A stretch of DNA of 55,422 bases, counting the filler, from Trypethelium eluteriae (Eukaryota), in assembly GCA_051942245.1 (NCBI GenBank). It is 3 parts of 3 records of this genome, joined end to end, with 100 filler letters (N's around TTAATTAATTAA, not from the genome) between each part and the next. Parts side by side here need not be neighbours in the genome. Positions count along the whole stretch, not along the records: positions 37,036 to 55,422 come from JAVECL010000567.1; 2 more parts are not named here. One strand, 5' to 3'. The notes under the pieces were generated by a model. It did no database searches. It worked only from the letters and a program-made list of their open reading frames with translations, and was not told where the DNA came from. The number at the start of each line of letters is the position of its first letter. Position 1 is the first letter of the stretch. Positions 54,101-55,422 of this stretch are shown one piece after another. The position numbers and the translations under genes are program-made.

Positions 54101-54948
54101 GCCTGAAATGGATAAAACGGGAATGGACTGAGATCTTATAGGCGCGTCTTTCGGTTCTGGGCAAGGGTCATCCGGACACCATCAACTCTTGGCTGGATAC
54201 TGCTAAATTCTATTACATTCTAGGCCATCATAATGATGCATGAGATCTTCAAAGGAACGCTGTGGACTCAATGGAGAAATTTGAGGAAGCCTTTGGTCCA
54301 CATCACGACAAAACTCTCTAATCTCAGCTCCAGCTTGCATTACTTGAGCTTGAATGCGGACACGTAGACCGAGCAAGAACACTTCAAGGTAAAGTAGACA
54401 AGCATGCCAGATCTAACGAGGTGAAGCTACAGGCCAAAAATTTACTTGCGCGAATTGATTGCATGTGCAAAAGGTGGGGTGCCGCAAAAGTGAAATTTGA
54501 GGAAGTCAATCAAAGCTGCTCTCGCGATAATCTCCTCTGGACTTCTAATTGGTCAGACTATTCATTACTGTTCTACAGCATCAGTGATTACGATCGGGCG
54601 GAAAGAATACAGGAACGACTTGTCCAGAAATTGGGCTCGGACGAATCTGCTATGAACAGTTTTGGTATCAGTATTTTGAGTGTGAGGAGTCATCTTGCTT
54701 TCACGCGACGAGCCAAGGGTAAGTTTGGTCAATCTGTATCGGATATGGAGGAGGTTTATTGTCTGGCACAGCGTTATCTTGGAGATAATGATCCGAGGAC
54801 AGAAGATGCGTCACAAGTGCTGAAGGAGTGGAAGATAGATCGAGAAGGCGTCATAGACTCTTGTCTACAATATACTACAGGCATTGTACGCTCTTTTAAA
54901 GGATACGACTCTGTCGCTCATTTGACAGACCAGGGCTACGATCTGTGA
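51134..54948 (+). pseudogene. Degenerate alpha/beta-hydrolase (SesB-like) + kinesin-light-chain-type TPR protein, disrupted by nonsense mutations
   Basis: ORFs 52711, 53122, 53770 and 54421 are all in one frame, separated by single stops. TPR motifs LGHSHPVTL, GEGHPETI, LGKLHPVTL, LGKGHPDTI, LGDNDPRT. 5' exons give GIIIVFVH and KFIFIAFSIGEWIVRGAL. The start and 5' splicing are uncertain. Confidence 0.75.
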
Positions 54949-55302
54949 GTCGGGATTCGGAACAAGCATCATCGAAGGTTTCTGCTTCGAAAGCGAACTA
55001 GCAAGAACCTCTAGTAAATGGGTATGACTTTGTACATGCACTCATTCCGGAGACAGGGAAGAGTCACAAACCATAAGACGCGTGTCAAGACCCTATGACT
55101 TTCTCATAGAGGATATCGTACATAAGCGCTTACAGCTGCCTTTAGGCGATCTTGAAGTTCACCAATTAATCTGATACCACGGTGCCAGGTAGAGCGATGA
55201 TGATGAGACAGCAGATCGTGAGTACTTCGATTATCGATACAATCCAAATCAGCTAGCACGTACGGAGAAAGGCTTCTTCTGGTTTCTAACCTATATGGGG
55301 CG

Positions 55303-55398
55303 AAGGACTCTTATAAGGGTCCTTTGCTTTTGTTAGCAAAATAGGGTTAGGGTTAGCACGACAGGGGGTAGGGTCCTTTGGTAGGGTCCTTTGCTTTT
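55303..55398. repeat. Short structured repeat with telomere-like TAGGGTTAGGGTTAG
   Basis: AGGGTCCTTTG occurs three times (55316, 55370, 55383). TAGGGTTAGGGTTAG at 55342-55356. Near-palindrome AAGGACTCTTATAAGGGTCCTT at 55303-55324. Confidence 0.6.
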
Positions 55399-55422
55399 AA
55401 CCTTGTCCAAATCGCTCCAAAT

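Noticed and set aside
52057..54321. TGA recoding (selenocysteine/Trp or readthrough) as an explanation for the in-frame TGAs
   Set aside because: TAA and TAG stops interrupt the same frame, and neighbouring genes use TGA as a normal stop; mutation is the simpler explanation.

Overview
Genomic DNA of a filamentous ascomycete: intron-containing genes with GT..CTAAC..AG introns. The window is three contigs joined by artificial N44-TTAATTAATTAA-N44 spacers (18445-18544, 36936-37035). Contigs 1 and 2 (1-36935) are mostly ordinary gene-dense sequence. They hold a FAS1-domain protein split across the two contigs, a DUF3807 protein, SNX4/ATG24, a large 17-repeat DUF3659 (LEA-like) protein, DUS2, a PTH11-like membrane protein, a metallo-beta-lactamase-fold protein, a lipocalin-like protein, a HeLo-like/NACHT/ankyrin NLR, an NmrA-like reductase, vezatin, EMC6 and the 3' end of CPA2. 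Contig 3 (37036-55422) is accessory-like. It begins with an AT-rich relic and a RIP-destroyed highly reducing PKS fragment. A compact three-gene block follows: an intact multi-TM protein, an intact HET-domain protein, and a degenerate alpha/beta-hydrolase-TPR pseudogene with no visible NTPase domain. That block is the best candidate for an undescribed immune/allorecognition module. All family assignments come from motif recognition by eye; no searches were run.
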